From assembly GCA_964016885.1 (NCBI GenBank), contig OZ024741.1, positions 344,658,001 through 344,722,000 on the forward strand: a DNA stretch of 64,000 bases. Direction: 5' to 3'. This DNA comes from Eledone cirrhosa (lineage: Eukaryota). A program made the translations under genes and the position numbers. Below the pieces are notes generated by a model. That model ran no database searches. It was not told the DNA's origin and worked only from the letters and a program-made list of their open reading frames with translations. Within the stretch, counting starts at the first letter, position 1. Each line of letters opens with the position of its first letter. This document shows, one piece after another, positions 51,895 to 64,000 of the stretch.

Positions 51895-54556
51895 TAGTGA
51901 AGATGTTGACTGAATAGATAGACACAGTGTGTAGATGTTGACTGGATAGATAGACACAGTGTGTAGATGTTGACTAGATAGATAGACACAGTGTGTAGAT
52001 GTTGACTAGATAGATAGACACAGTGTGTAGATGTTGACTAGATAGATAGACACAGTGTGTAGATGTTGACTGGATAGATAGATAGACGCAGTGTGTAGAT
52101 GTTGACTGGATAGATAGATAGACACAGTTTGTAGAGGTTGACTAGATAGATAGACACAGTGTGTAGATGTTGACTGGATAGATAGACACAGTGTGTAGAG
52201 GTTGACTGGATAGATAGATAGACACAGTGTGTAGATGTTGACTAGATAGATAGACACAGTGTGTAGATGTTGACTGGATAGATAGATAGACACAGTGTGT
52301 AGAGGTTGACTAGATAGATAGACACAGTGTGTAGAGGTTGACTGGATAGATAGACACAGTGTGTAGAGGTTGACTGGATATATAGACACAGTGTGTAGAT
52401 GTTGACTAGATAGATAGACACAGTGTGTAGATGTTGTCTAGATAGATAGACACAGTGTGTAGAGGTTGACTGGATATATTGACACAGTGTGTAGATGTTG
52501 ACTAGATAGATAGACACAGTGTGTTGATGTTGACTAGATAGATAGACACAGTGTGTTGATGTTGACTTGATAGATAGACACAGTGTGTAGATGTTGTCTA
52601 GATAGATAGACACAGTGTGTAGATGTTGACTGAATAGATAGACACAGTGTGTAGATGTTGACTGAATAGATAGACGCAGTGTGTAGATGTTGACTGAATA
52701 GATAGACACAGTGTGTAGATGTTGACTGGATAGATAGACACAGTGTGGATAGACACAGTGTGTAGATGTTGACTGGATAGACACTGTGTAGATGTTGACT
52801 AGATAGATAGACACAGTGTGTAGATGTTGACTGGATAGACACTGTGTAGATGTTGACTAGATAGATAGACACAGTGTGTAGATGTTGACTAGATAGATAG
52901 ACACAGTGTGTAGAGGATGACTGGATAGATAGACACAGTGTGTAGAGGTTGACTAGATAGATAGACACAGTGTGTAGAGGTTGACTAGATAGATAGACAC
53001 AGTGTGTAGATGTTGACTGAATAGATAGACACAGTGTGTAGAGGTTGACTAGATAGATAGACACAGTGTGTAGATGTTGACTGAATAGATAGACACAGTG
53101 TGTAGAGGTTGACTAGATAGATAGACACAGTGTGTTGATGTTGACTAGATAGATAGACACAGTGTGTTGATGTTGACTAGATAGATAGACACAGTGTGTT
53201 GATGTTGACTGGATAGATAGACACAGTGTGTAGATGTTGACTGGATAGATAGACACAGTGTGTAGATGTTGACTAGATAGATAGACACAGTGTGTTGATG
53301 TTGACTGGATAGATAGCCACAGTGTGTAGATGTTGACTGGATAGATAGACACAGTGTGTAGATGTTGACTAGATAGATAGACACAGTGTGTAGATGTTGA
53401 CTGAATAGATAGACACAGTGTGTTGATGTTGACTAGATAGATAGACACAGTGTGTAGATGTTGACTAGATAGACACAGTGTGTTGATGTTGACTAGATAG
53501 ATAGACACAGTGTGTAGATGTTGTCTAGATAGATAGACACAGTGTGTAGAGGTTGTCTAGATAGATAGACACAGTGTGTAGAGGTTGACTGGATAGATAG
53601 ACACAGTGTGTAGAGGTTGACTAGATAGATAGACACAGTGTGTAGATGTTGACTAGATAGATAGACACAGTGTGTAGAGGTTGACTGGATAGATAGACAC
53701 AGTGTGTTGATGTTGACTGGATAGATAGACACAGTGTGTAGATGTTGTCTAGATAGATAGACACAGTGTGTAGATGTTGTCTAGATAGATAGACACAGTG
53801 TGTAGATGTTGACTAGATAGATAGACACAGTGTGTTGATGTTGACTAGATAGATAGACACAGTGTGTAGATGTTGTCTAGATAGATAGACACAGTGTGTA
53901 GAGGTTGACTGGATAGATAGACACAGTGTGTAGAGGTTGACTAGATAGATAGACACAGTGTGTAGATGTTGACTAGATAGATAGACACAGTGTGTAGAGG
54001 TTGACTGGATAGATAGACACAGTGTGTTGATGTTGACTGGATAGATAGACACAGTGTGTAGATGTTGTCTAGATAGATAGACACAGTGTGTAGATGTTGT
54101 CTAGATAGATAGACACAGTGTGTAGATGTTGACTAGATAGATAGACACAGTGTGTTGATGTTGACTAGATAGACACAGTGTAGATGTTGACTAGATAGAT
54201 AGACACAGTGTGTAGATGTTGACTAGATAGACACAGTGTAGATGTTGACTAGATAGATAGACACAGTGTGTAGATGTTGACTAGATAGACACAGTGTAGA
54301 TGTTGACTAGATAGATAGACACAATGTGTAGATGTTGACTAGATAGACACAGTGTAGATGTTGACTAGATAGATAGACACAGTGTGTAGATGTTGACTAG
54401 ATAGACACAGTGTAGATGTTGACTAGATAGATAGACACTGTGTAGATGTTGACTAGATAGACACTGTGTAGATGTTGACTAGATAGATACAGTATGTAGA
54501 GGTTGACTAGATAGACACAGTGTAGATGTTGACTGGATAGATAGACACAGTGTGTG
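51895..54556. repeat. 32-bp minisatellite (TAGATAGATAGACACAGTGTGTAGATGTTGAC), about 80 copies
   Basis: Direct reading; variable number of GATA units. Confidence 0.97.
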
Positions 54557-54914
54557 TATATGGATGTGTCACACTGTGGTGATGGTTGCGTGTGTGTATG
54601 TACAATCCCAGCACAATTAGTTATAGTGACGATAGAGAGGGGGATGTGTGTGTATGTCTGTTGTGCTAGAGGTGGGCTGGTGTATAGATTTGTGATGGTA
54701 AGGGTAGCATGGTTGTGATGATGGTGGTACTGTTGATGACTGCAGATTTAGCAATATAGGGTCAATGAAGAAGATAGGCTAGGTAAATAATAAAGCACCA
54801 ATATCCATAAATATTACAGTGTTCCTTATAATTTATTCATATCTTCTGACTGAAGTCTTCATACATCCTCAGGTAAAAAGTAACAATCTATGTATATAAC
54901 AATTCTTACTCTCA

Positions 54915-55672
54915 CACACACAAAACTTGCGAAGATTGGAAAGAAATGAAGCTTTCATGCTCTGATGGATGTGTAATAGTAATATATATGAATGGCAAAG
55001 CATAAATGAACTGAAAGAGAAAACTAGGCATAAGGGGGATCAGAGGCAGTGTGCAGGAGAGGAAATTGCATTGGTGTGGACATGTGATGAGTATGAAGGA
55101 TGACAGCTGTATAAAAAGGTGCAGAGCTCTCAAAGTTGATGGAAGTCATGGAGTGGGGAGACCCAGGAAGATTTTGGATGAGGTGATAAAAGCTGACCTT
55201 GCTCAATTGTACCTCTCAAAGACGATGACATAGGACTGAGAACTCTAGTGTTTGCAGTAATACAGAAGACCCACATTTGCATGAGCACAGGCTGCAGCTG
55301 AAGCATACATATAGTATGCACCACCCTCACCCTACCCCACTTTTCTATACATCTCCCATGAGGACAGGCTGAAGCATATATCTAATGAATCCTCCAGTCC
55401 ACACTGTAAAGTGGTCTTGATGGCAACATGACAAGAAACACTCAGCCCACACTGTAAAGTAGTTGTGTAGGTGTCATGACAAAAAGCACCCAGTACTCAT
55501 TATAAATGTGGTTGGCATTAGGAAGGGCATCCAGCTGTAGAAACCAAGCCAAAATCAGTTCTGTATGAGCAAGACATTGTCACCTGACCTGGCATTTCTC
55601 ACAACAGAACAACTCATCTAACCCATGCTAGCATGGAAAAATGGACGTCAAACGGTGATGATGATAATGATG
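54915..55672 (+). mobile_element. Degenerate RTE LINE 3' end
   Basis: WCGHVMSMKDDSCIKRCR, 3' UTR motif, (GAT)n tail. Confidence 0.85.
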
Positions 55673-55892
55673 ATTATATATTACAAATATATATATATAT
55701 AATCGATAATATTGATCTGGCACGACTCTGTAATCAAAATCTGATCTGAGGGCAAGGTATTTTTTGTGGAAAATCATTAGTCACCCATGCAAACCAGTCT
55801 CTCCTCCATTAATGTTCTTACCATTGTGTATATTTTGGAGCTAGAACTACAATAACAATAAAAGGCACAAATCCCAATGGCAGTCAGAAAAT

Positions 55893-56720
55893 GATAGATA
55901 ACTTTCTTTTTATTTGCCACCAGGGCGTCAAAGAGTGGGACAAGTACAATGGGGTGAGTTTACATAAAAAGGCATCCTCAATAAGGAGGAGGCAATAACA
56001 AAATATAAAAATATAAAATATAAAATATAACAAAAATAAAGTGAATAACAAAATCCTCAATAGGGAGGAGGTGCCTTGGGGGGGTCGCACACACTCCCGA
56101 AAAAGTGTGCAACCCTTCTCCTCAGGAGCACAGAGAGAGGGTGGTCCCTTGATCTTTTATCTTTCTCACCTACAGTCTGATGTAGAGTGAAGGCCCATTC
56201 ACACGGGCCATTCTCACCACTTTCACCCATCTTTCATAGAAACGGCTGGGGTGCAGCACCTCTCTCTCCATCCTGATCCTTCTTCCAAAATATCGGAAGA
56301 AACGGACCAGTTGTTGGCCAGAGAGAGAGGTGTCTGACCTCAGTCCTTTCAGACGTGTCCACCATACAACCTCTTTCACCATGGCTATTACGCACAGAAA
56401 CACAGCCTCTCCTTCGTTTTTGAAGAGGGGAGGCGGCTTGATCATTACAATAGACTCGGTGGTCAACCGGATCGGTCCCACCTGTGACAGCAGTCGTTCG
56501 ACATAACCCCACAGATCGGCAATGCCCGAGCAGTGTACCAATGCGTGTGCAACGGTTTCCTCGTCACACACGCATCTGGGACAGATCTTTTTCAAGAGGT
56601 CCCTACCCGGGCGCCCGTGTCTGTAGAGCCTTTCTCGAACAGACAGAGCCCCTCGGTAGGAATGCCAGGCCAGGGACCTCTTGAAGTTATCCATAGGTCC
56701 CGGGCTGAATGGCAGAAAAT
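55893..56720 (-). mobile_element. L1/Tx1-like LINE 3' fragment (zf-RVT region)
   Basis: ORF 56170-56760 has LAW...GALSVRERL...CPRC...EETVAHALVHC, followed by a T-rich 3' UTR and AATAAA. Confidence 0.8.
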
Positions 56721-56759
56721 GATAGATAGATAGAGAGAGAGAGGGTGGGAGACAGTGCA

Positions 56760-57324
56760 TACTCTCAGGTCTTGAATAATCATCTTTCCATTGCTTATTA
56801 ATTTTTCAGATTTTTTCCAACCTCACCTGTTTTTATTCCAACACCTCCCCTCGTTTATTAAATTTTGACTAATCTATTTTCGGCAAAATTTTATTGTAAG
56901 TGATTCATATCGATACAGCAGCTGGAGAATCTAATAATTGTTTCTACTTTTGGCACAAGGCCAGCAATTATCCAGTACATTACTGGTACTTATTTTATCG
57001 ACCCTGTAAAGATGAAAGGCAAAGTTAACCTCGGCGGGATTTGAACTCAGACCACAAAGGGCCGTAACTCTTTGCATCAAAGCATGGCCTCCGACCCTCT
57101 ACCGATACTGCCAATCCACCGCTGGAGAATCTAATAATAATGTCATTTTACATTAAAAAAAACATTATATATGACAATCAAAAATGACATTACTAGAAAT
57201 CACATATTCACGAATGTACACTATACAATTACCAAATAGCCCCTCCCTCTCGCTTATAAGAATTTAAGCAAATGTCCACCGCCCCTGCTTATTCCAACCC
57301 ACCTATTATTTGGGAACCGAGAGT
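56760..57324. mobile_element. MITE-like element with nested SINE (18-bp target duplication GCTGGAGAATCTAATAAT)
   Basis: Imperfect terminal repeats TACTCTCAGGTCTTGAATAAT and ATTATTTGGGAACCGAGAGTA; internal ttattccaac repeats. Confidence 0.55.
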
Positions 57325-57544
57325 ACATCTTTCTACAATTAAATAAAATATAGGAGAAAATTATTGTAATTGATTTAAATGAATATAAAATGAAATACAA
57401 GAAGGTCAAAGAGAATTGAGGATTCAAACATCTTCCCATAGAGTGTTGTAATAAAAGAATTATTAAATTAGATATCTTTCACTATAAACCCTGTCATTTT
57501 AAATAGGTATTATGCTAGTGTTTTTTATATATATATATATATAT

Positions 57545-57850
57545 ATAGAATACGGAAATACAAAGTTTAGATGATAAAGTCTTTTATTGATAAGGCTGTG
57601 ATATTTCAATGATGTCAGTGGCTACACAATTCGGCGTAGAACCCACCGCCATGATCTCTTTAGACAGGGGAACAGGCATTTGATTCATGAGCATCGCTGT
57701 TTGTCCGTTCCCTTGTCACTTCAATTTTGGATTACCTCCTAATTGTAACCTTATTACGTAAGAAGCTGTCTGAAATATGTCATCGAAATATGTATCACAG
57801 CCATATCAATAAAGGACTTTATCATCTAAACTTTGTATTTCCTTATTCTA
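57545..57850. repeat. Inverted repeat (arms about 70 bp, spacer about 160 nt) between (TA)n tracts
   Basis: agaatacggaaatacaaagtttagatgataaagtc...ggctgtgata is mirrored by tatcacagcc...gactttatcatctaaactttgtatttccttattct. Confidence 0.8.
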
Positions 57851-57923
57851 AAAATACTCCATCACTCCTCTGTGGAAAATGCACGTTGAGTTCTCAAATT
57901 GAATTACATCAATATTTTTACAG

Positions 57924-58011
<88 letters not shown>

Positions 58012-58036
58012 CAGGATATATATATATGTATATACA

Positions 58037-58075
<39 letters not shown>

Positions 58076-58106
58076 CAGGATATATATATATATATATATA
58101 TATACA

Positions 58107-58159
<53 letters not shown>

Positions 58160-58283
58160 TCAGGTAAGTATGTTTTGAAACAGCGAGCGACATTGAAATT
58201 AGAAATAAAAGCTTTTGCTGTATTTTTGACTAAAGAAATTTTAGAACCCTCAAAGAAATGGAAAAAGATGAGTATTGACATAC

Positions 58284-58374
<91 letters not shown>

Positions 58375-58991
58375 ATGCAAGGCGTGCGCATCACCATTAA
58401 TGCTTACAGCGTGTGTGGTGGGGAGGAGGATTTTTCACTATTGCTTTTTGTCTGTGTATGTATATCTTATTTGGTCACAATGTGTGTGTGTATATATATA
58501 TATATCATCATCATTATCACCATTTTACGTCCTTTCTTCCATGCAAGCATGGGTTAAATGGGTTGTCCTGTTGTGAGCAATGCCAGGTCGGGTGACCATA
58601 TCTTGCTCATACAGAAACTGATTTTGGATTGGTTCCTACAGCTGGATGCCCTTCCTAACACCAACCTCATTTACAGCGAGTGCTATATGTATTTATAAAT
58701 GAAAGACACGCACATTCAAGAAGCGTTATATATAGATAAAGGTGTCACGAGAAAAAACACACAGTCCACGCTGTAATGTGGCCGTGTAGGTAACACGGTA
58801 AAAAGTTCCCAGTTCCACACTGTAAATGTGGTTGGTGTTAGGAAGGGCATCCAGCCGTAGAAAACCTGCCAGATAGTTATATATGAGCGAGACAAGGTCA
58901 CCTGACCAAACCTTGCCTCAAGTGAGACAACTCCCGTCTAACCCATGCTAGCGTGGAAAATGGACGTTAAACGAAGATGATGATGATGATG

Positions 58992-59033
<42 letters not shown>

Positions 59034-59254
59034 TCATCATCATTTTTACATCCGCTTTTCCCTGCTTGCAAGGGTGGGACGGGAACTGATTCTGGCTTGA
59101 TTTCTACAGCTGGATGCCCTTCCTAACACCAACCTCATTTACAGTGAGCGCTGGGTGCTTTTTTTCCGGGTGCCTTTCATCCTTGCAGGGTCGATAAAAT
59201 AAAGTACCAGTAATGTACTGGGTAATTGCTGGCCTTGTGCCAAATATATATATA

Positions 59255-59360
59255 TTATAGAAATGGCTTCTACAGGACTAGAACTGTTTTATTCAAAGGA
59301 AATCATCAGCTATGTATTGAGTACCTTACTTACTGTGGTTACCCCCAATTGAACTCGACA
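59255..59360. mobile_element. Family C fragment: inverted degenerate hammerhead joined to sense 3' tail
   Basis: ggcttctacaggactagaactgtttt...aaatcatcag followed by ctatgtattgagtaccttacttactgtggtt. Confidence 0.75.
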
Positions 59361-59521
59361 AACACACACATATATATATATACTACATTGAAAATAAGAC
59401 CAAATACTGTTAATTACATCTTATTTTAATTAACACATGTTTTTTCCATTTTCTCATATTTTGAACTGTAAAAATTCTTCACCTACCTTTATCAGTTTTT
59501 GTATTTGAAATTGACTTACTT

Positions 59522-59609
<88 letters not shown>

Positions 59610-60234
59610 TGCAGTGCTGAAACAAGGGATTCACAAATTAATTTGGGTTTTAACCCTCCCGCCTCCCTCTCTCTCTCACTAAATATGTACATGTGTGTGT
59701 ACACGCATGTATATATGAATGTACAAGTGTTTGTAGGTATCTGTGTATGTGTGTCTGTGTATTTTTTTGTGCCTGTGTCTTTGTATGTGAAATGTCAGGC
59801 AGTGATAAAGGAACAGATGAAGAATAAGCCATGGTGGTAGTGGTGATGGTGATTATGGTGGTTATAATGGTGGTGGTGCTGATGATGACATGAAGGCAGT
59901 TGCCTGGCAGTCCAAGACCATTATAAATATCATCAACACCATGACAACCATCATCAACACCAAAAGCAATACAAACACCACCACCACCACCATTACTAAT
60001 CCCCAAACTTCTTAATGAGTAACAACAATGACAACAATAATTATATGAACAAAATAAGCCTAGAAATTTTATTTCTCAAGAAGAAAAAATCACCAGCGGC
60101 CAGGTTAAAGCTTCCAGTGTAATCTGATGCTTGTTCTGGGATGAAATGCTACTGGTGATAAATGTATTACCCTAAAACATCTCAAGGTTTTCAAGTGTTA
60201 TGCAAAATTTAATCTTCTTTGATTTGAAGTTACT

Positions 60235-60456
60235 TTAACCCTTTAGCGTTTACATTACTCTATATAAACTATTATATTGTCATGGTAAAGGCTTTATCTC
60301 ACATAATTATCTCACATAATATTGAATCTATGAAATTTTGATATTATTTATTTTGAGAACAATACCTTAACATAAGTTTAAGCAGCCAGTTACAGTCGGT
60401 TTGAACAGAAAGAGGTAAGAGAATTCTGGCCGGATACAGTCGGTTTAAATGCTAAA
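60235..60456 (+). mobile_element. piggyBac-type MITE copy (right terminus decayed)
   Basis: TTAACCCTTTAGCGTTT...AAATGCTAAA. Confidence 0.75.
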
Positions 60457-60573
60457 AACCTTTCGAAAGAGAGATTTACAAACATGTTTGTCCTGCTGTA
60501 TAGTGCTAGAGATAATATTTCCAACAAAACATTGCATCCTTTTAGACAAGGCACCAAACTACCACCGAACCTA

Positions 60574-60760
60574 TTGTATATACTTGAATATAAGGCGGGA
60601 GATATGTGACCGCAAAATTGATGGTAGAAGTTGGCTTGTATTCGGGGTTAATATTTTGACAATTTTAACCAACTTCAAATTCTACAGAAATAAGGTTTGA
60701 ATTTTTGCCCATTTCTCAGACATGAAATAGTGGGGATGGCTTATATTCGAGTACATATGG
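60574..60760. mobile_element. Tc/mariner-pogo type MITE
   Basis: TA-TTGTATATACTTGAATATAAG...CTTATATTCGAGTACATATGG-TA. Confidence 0.6.
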
Positions 60761-61509
60761 TAAACGATCTTTCCATAGAATAAAAGAATATATCTCCATG
60801 AACAGAACCTCTTTTCTCTAGCCAATAGATCAAGTTATGATAGTTAATTTGAAATCTGGCAGAATTGGTAGAGCGTCAGACACGATGCTTTGCAGCATAT
60901 AGTTATGGTCCTTTATGTTCAGAGTTCAAATCCTACCAAAGTTTGCTTTGCCTTTTATTCTTACAGGATCGATAAAATAAAGCACCAGTAATGCACTGGG
61001 GGTAGATTTAATCGAATTTCTCCTCTCCCAGAATTGCTGGCCTTGTGCCTAAATCAGAAACAATTATTTGAAAATGGTTACCCCATTTATCTCTCAGTTC
61101 ATCCATGGCTTTCATGGACATTACACATCCATCAAAGCATGCTCTCTTCATTCCTCTTCATTTTTCCCATACCTTTCACTCTCACTCCCCCTATCTCATT
61201 ACCATGTAATATTGCTTATCACACACAAACATCATACAGCTGGTCTTTCATCCATAGAGAGAAATAACAGCCAGATCTCCCTCAACTCACATCCTGCTAT
61301 CATGTTAAAGATGACATAATGAGTAATGTAGTCTTTGCTAGCTTACACTTCTGAAAAAGTCAGGATGGTCATAGCTGGAATGAATTTTATCATACATTTT
61401 TTCAATCAGTGTTACTTTGAGGGGCTAAACAGCAACAGTATCAACAGGACTACTAGTAGCTCCACCCTAACACCACCATTGGCTAATCTATTATCAATTA
61501 TAATCTCCC

Positions 61510-61700
61510 CTGTCCCCACAAAGTGTGCGAGGAGGGATGAGGTTTAAGGTAGGAACCCCAACTTCTCACCTTTGTTATCAAACATTGCCACGCGCCTGCT
61601 TTAAGAACTTCTCTACACGCAGCACCCCTGCCGAAGCTATATACCCCCTATGTGTCTGCTTTTAGAACTCCCCCTCCCGTCCCATGCAGACGACATATAC
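61510..61700 (+). pseudogene. Highly degenerate reverse transcriptase fragment
   Basis: SPLLSNIA and HADDIY motifs in disrupted frames. Confidence 0.35.
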
Positions 61701-62610
61701 ACCCCCTTATGTATCCACCCACCCTATTCTGTCAGCTCCCATTCATCAGGTAGTGTTCTTCCTTTTCTTTCATTTCCATAGAGAGGGAGGGGGTTAGGTT
61801 ATGTGTGTGGGGGGGGGGGGCACCCACCCACCCCCGCCCAGGTCCTTACTTGTGACCTACTTCCTCTCTATCTTCTACTTGCACTGCATTAGCCTCCATC
61901 TCCTTACATCACTCACACCACCACCACCACCACCACCTTTAGAACACCTCTTCCTCCTCCACCACCTTCACAACACCTCCACACATAGTCACTATCATTG
62001 ACCATGATCACCATTACCTTCAGTACACATATTCACCACCACAACCAACACCACCACCTTCAGAACACCTCCACAGCCTCCACCACAACCACCACAACAA
62101 CCACCTTCAGAACACCGCCACCACCGCCATAACTACCACCACCACAACCATCACCACCTTGTCTGTTTATATATATATTTGTGTATGTATACATGTGTAT
62201 GTATGTGTGCATATATATATATATATTTGTGTATGTGTACATGTGTATGTATGTGTGCATTTATATATATATATTTGTGTATGTGTACATGTGTATGTAT
62301 GTGTGCATATATATATATATATATATTTGTGTATGTGTACATGTGTATGTATGTGTGCAGATATATATATATATATATATATATTTATGTGTGTATGTAT
62401 TTATAAATATGTGTGTGTGTGCGTGTGTGTGCATGTGTTTGTATATGTACATGTATGTGTGTGTATGGATGGGTTTGTGTGTGTGTGTTTGTCTACATGT
62501 ATATGTGTGTGTTCTTTGTTTTCACCTGTCTCTATTTTCTTTCACCTGACTAACTCACATCTGTCCCACTCCCAACTCTCCTATTCTCCCAGGCAACAAA
62601 CATTACCCAC

Positions 62611-62875
62611 CTGATGATCTTGTAGGGTGGTGGAGTGGGGTGGTGGTAGGGCTGGTTGGACAGCTGGGTGATAGTAGAAGAGGAAGGCAGGGAGTGGAAG
62701 TAGTGGTAGTAGTAGTAGTAGTAGTGGGGGTGGTATTAGGGGTGATAGTAGTGATGAGTAAGCGTGGGTGGACTGGCTGGTATTAGGAACAACACACAGT
62801 GCACCTGCTTGCTCCATGCTATGTCATGCCATGTGCGCACACGTACAGCACGTGCCACTTGCCATTCAGCTACTG
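62611..62875 (-). other. Candidate host exon
   Basis: Long polypyrimidine tract plus CAG acceptor, CAG|GTGGGT donor, AGCATGG start context at 62817. Confidence 0.25.
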
Positions 62876-63179
62876 CTGCGTGCAAGAAAAAAGAAAGAAA
62901 AAAAAGAACAAAATATACCCCCTCCCCCGGTGTGTACTACTAAGTTAAAGTGATGGATAAAAATACCCTTTGGTATTTAATTGTATTCTGGGTTCAGTCC
63001 ATGGGGGCTGACGGTTGACCTGGGATCTGACTTGGGTCTGCCATGGGGGTTGACATGGTGCTAAACAACAACAAGAAACAACTACCTTCATTACCACCAC
63101 TGCCATCACACCTGCCACTGCTGCTACTACTGCCACCACCACCACCGCCATAACAATTTCTCACCCTCACTGCTGCTTT

Positions 63180-64000
63180 CGGGATGTCGTTGGGGAAAAG
63201 TATGTTTGAAATGGTACTGTTGCATTAAGCATCACTGATGCTTAAAAGAAAGGGGCCTGGAAATGTTACTATGAGAGACTGATGAATGTAGAGAATGAAT
63301 GGGAGGAAGGGAGACCACCCTCAGCTGGCCCAACTGAAGGACTAGCTATTGAATTCAACAGTTATAGGGTCAAAGAAGCAATGAAAGAGAGGAAAAATAA
63401 TGTAGCCATGGAACCGTCAGAGATAGTTGCTGAGATACTAAAAGCATCGGGAGAAGTAGGAGCTCAACTAGTAACCTGCATAGTCCATCAGGTAATACAA
63501 GATGGTATCATACCCAATAACTGGTGCAGTACAATTATAAAGGCGATGTTCTAGAATGGAGCAACTACAGAGAAATAAAACTAATGGACCAAGTTATGAA
63601 AGTGATGGAAAGAGTTCTAGCAAAGCTAATTAGCGAAAGAGTCAAATCAGACGAGATGCAGTTTGGTTTTGTGCCTGGTAGAAGTACTACAGATGTTCTC
63701 TTCATCGTGAGACATCTACAAGAGCAGTTCCTAGTCAAGAATAAGCTACTATATTTAGCTTTTGTTGTTCTAGAAAAGGCCTTTGACAGAGTACCTTGAT
63801 CTGTTATCTGGTGATCTTTAAGAAAATTAGGTGTAGAAGAATGACTAGTGAGAGCAGTGCAAGCCATGTACAGAAGAGCTCTCAGTAAAGTGAGAGTAGG
63901 AAAGGTGTTTAGTGAGGAATTCAAGGTAGAGGTAGTTTATCAGGATTCATTCCTCAGCCCACTTCTGTTCATTATAGTTCTCCAGGCCATGAGTGAAGAG
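63180..64000 (+). mobile_element. Degenerate RTE LINE RT region, runs off the window
   Basis: NYREIKLMDQVMKV, QFGFVPGRSTTD, LEKAFDRVP, with stops and frameshifts. Confidence 0.9.

Noticed and set aside
51895-54556. CRISPR-like 32-bp repeats
   Set aside because: Units are contiguous with no unique spacers, no cas genes are present, and the context is eukaryotic.

Overview
AT-rich, repeat-saturated animal genomic DNA, probably intronic or intergenic. The repeat repertoire (RTE LINEs with (GAT)n tails, tRNA-derived SINEs, long (TA)n/(CA)n tracts) suggests a cephalopod such as Octopus; this is an inference. No host protein-coding gene can be called with confidence, and most ORFs in the track are microsatellite artefacts. 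Recognisable contents are many RTE LINE fragments (one with a 539-aa open RT frame), an L1/Tx1-like 3' fragment, two abundant SINE families, an internally deleted DD41D Tc1/mariner, piggyBac-, hAT-, Tc/mariner- and Helitron-type non-autonomous elements, and two minisatellites. The main signal is invisible in the ORF track: at least six sequence-unrelated families of short non-coding elements carry type I hammerhead ribozyme folds (about 14 complete or near-complete motifs, plus degenerate and half copies). Most sit in (TA)n microsatellites and are arranged as head-to-head fold-back palindromes. The clearest case is an apparently identical 310-bp tandem-plus-inverted array (43630-45272) with six hammerheads, the architecture expected of a retrozyme or Penelope-like pLTR-derived element able to release 310-nt monomer or circular RNAs. 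All folds and alignments were read by eye and need computational confirmation.
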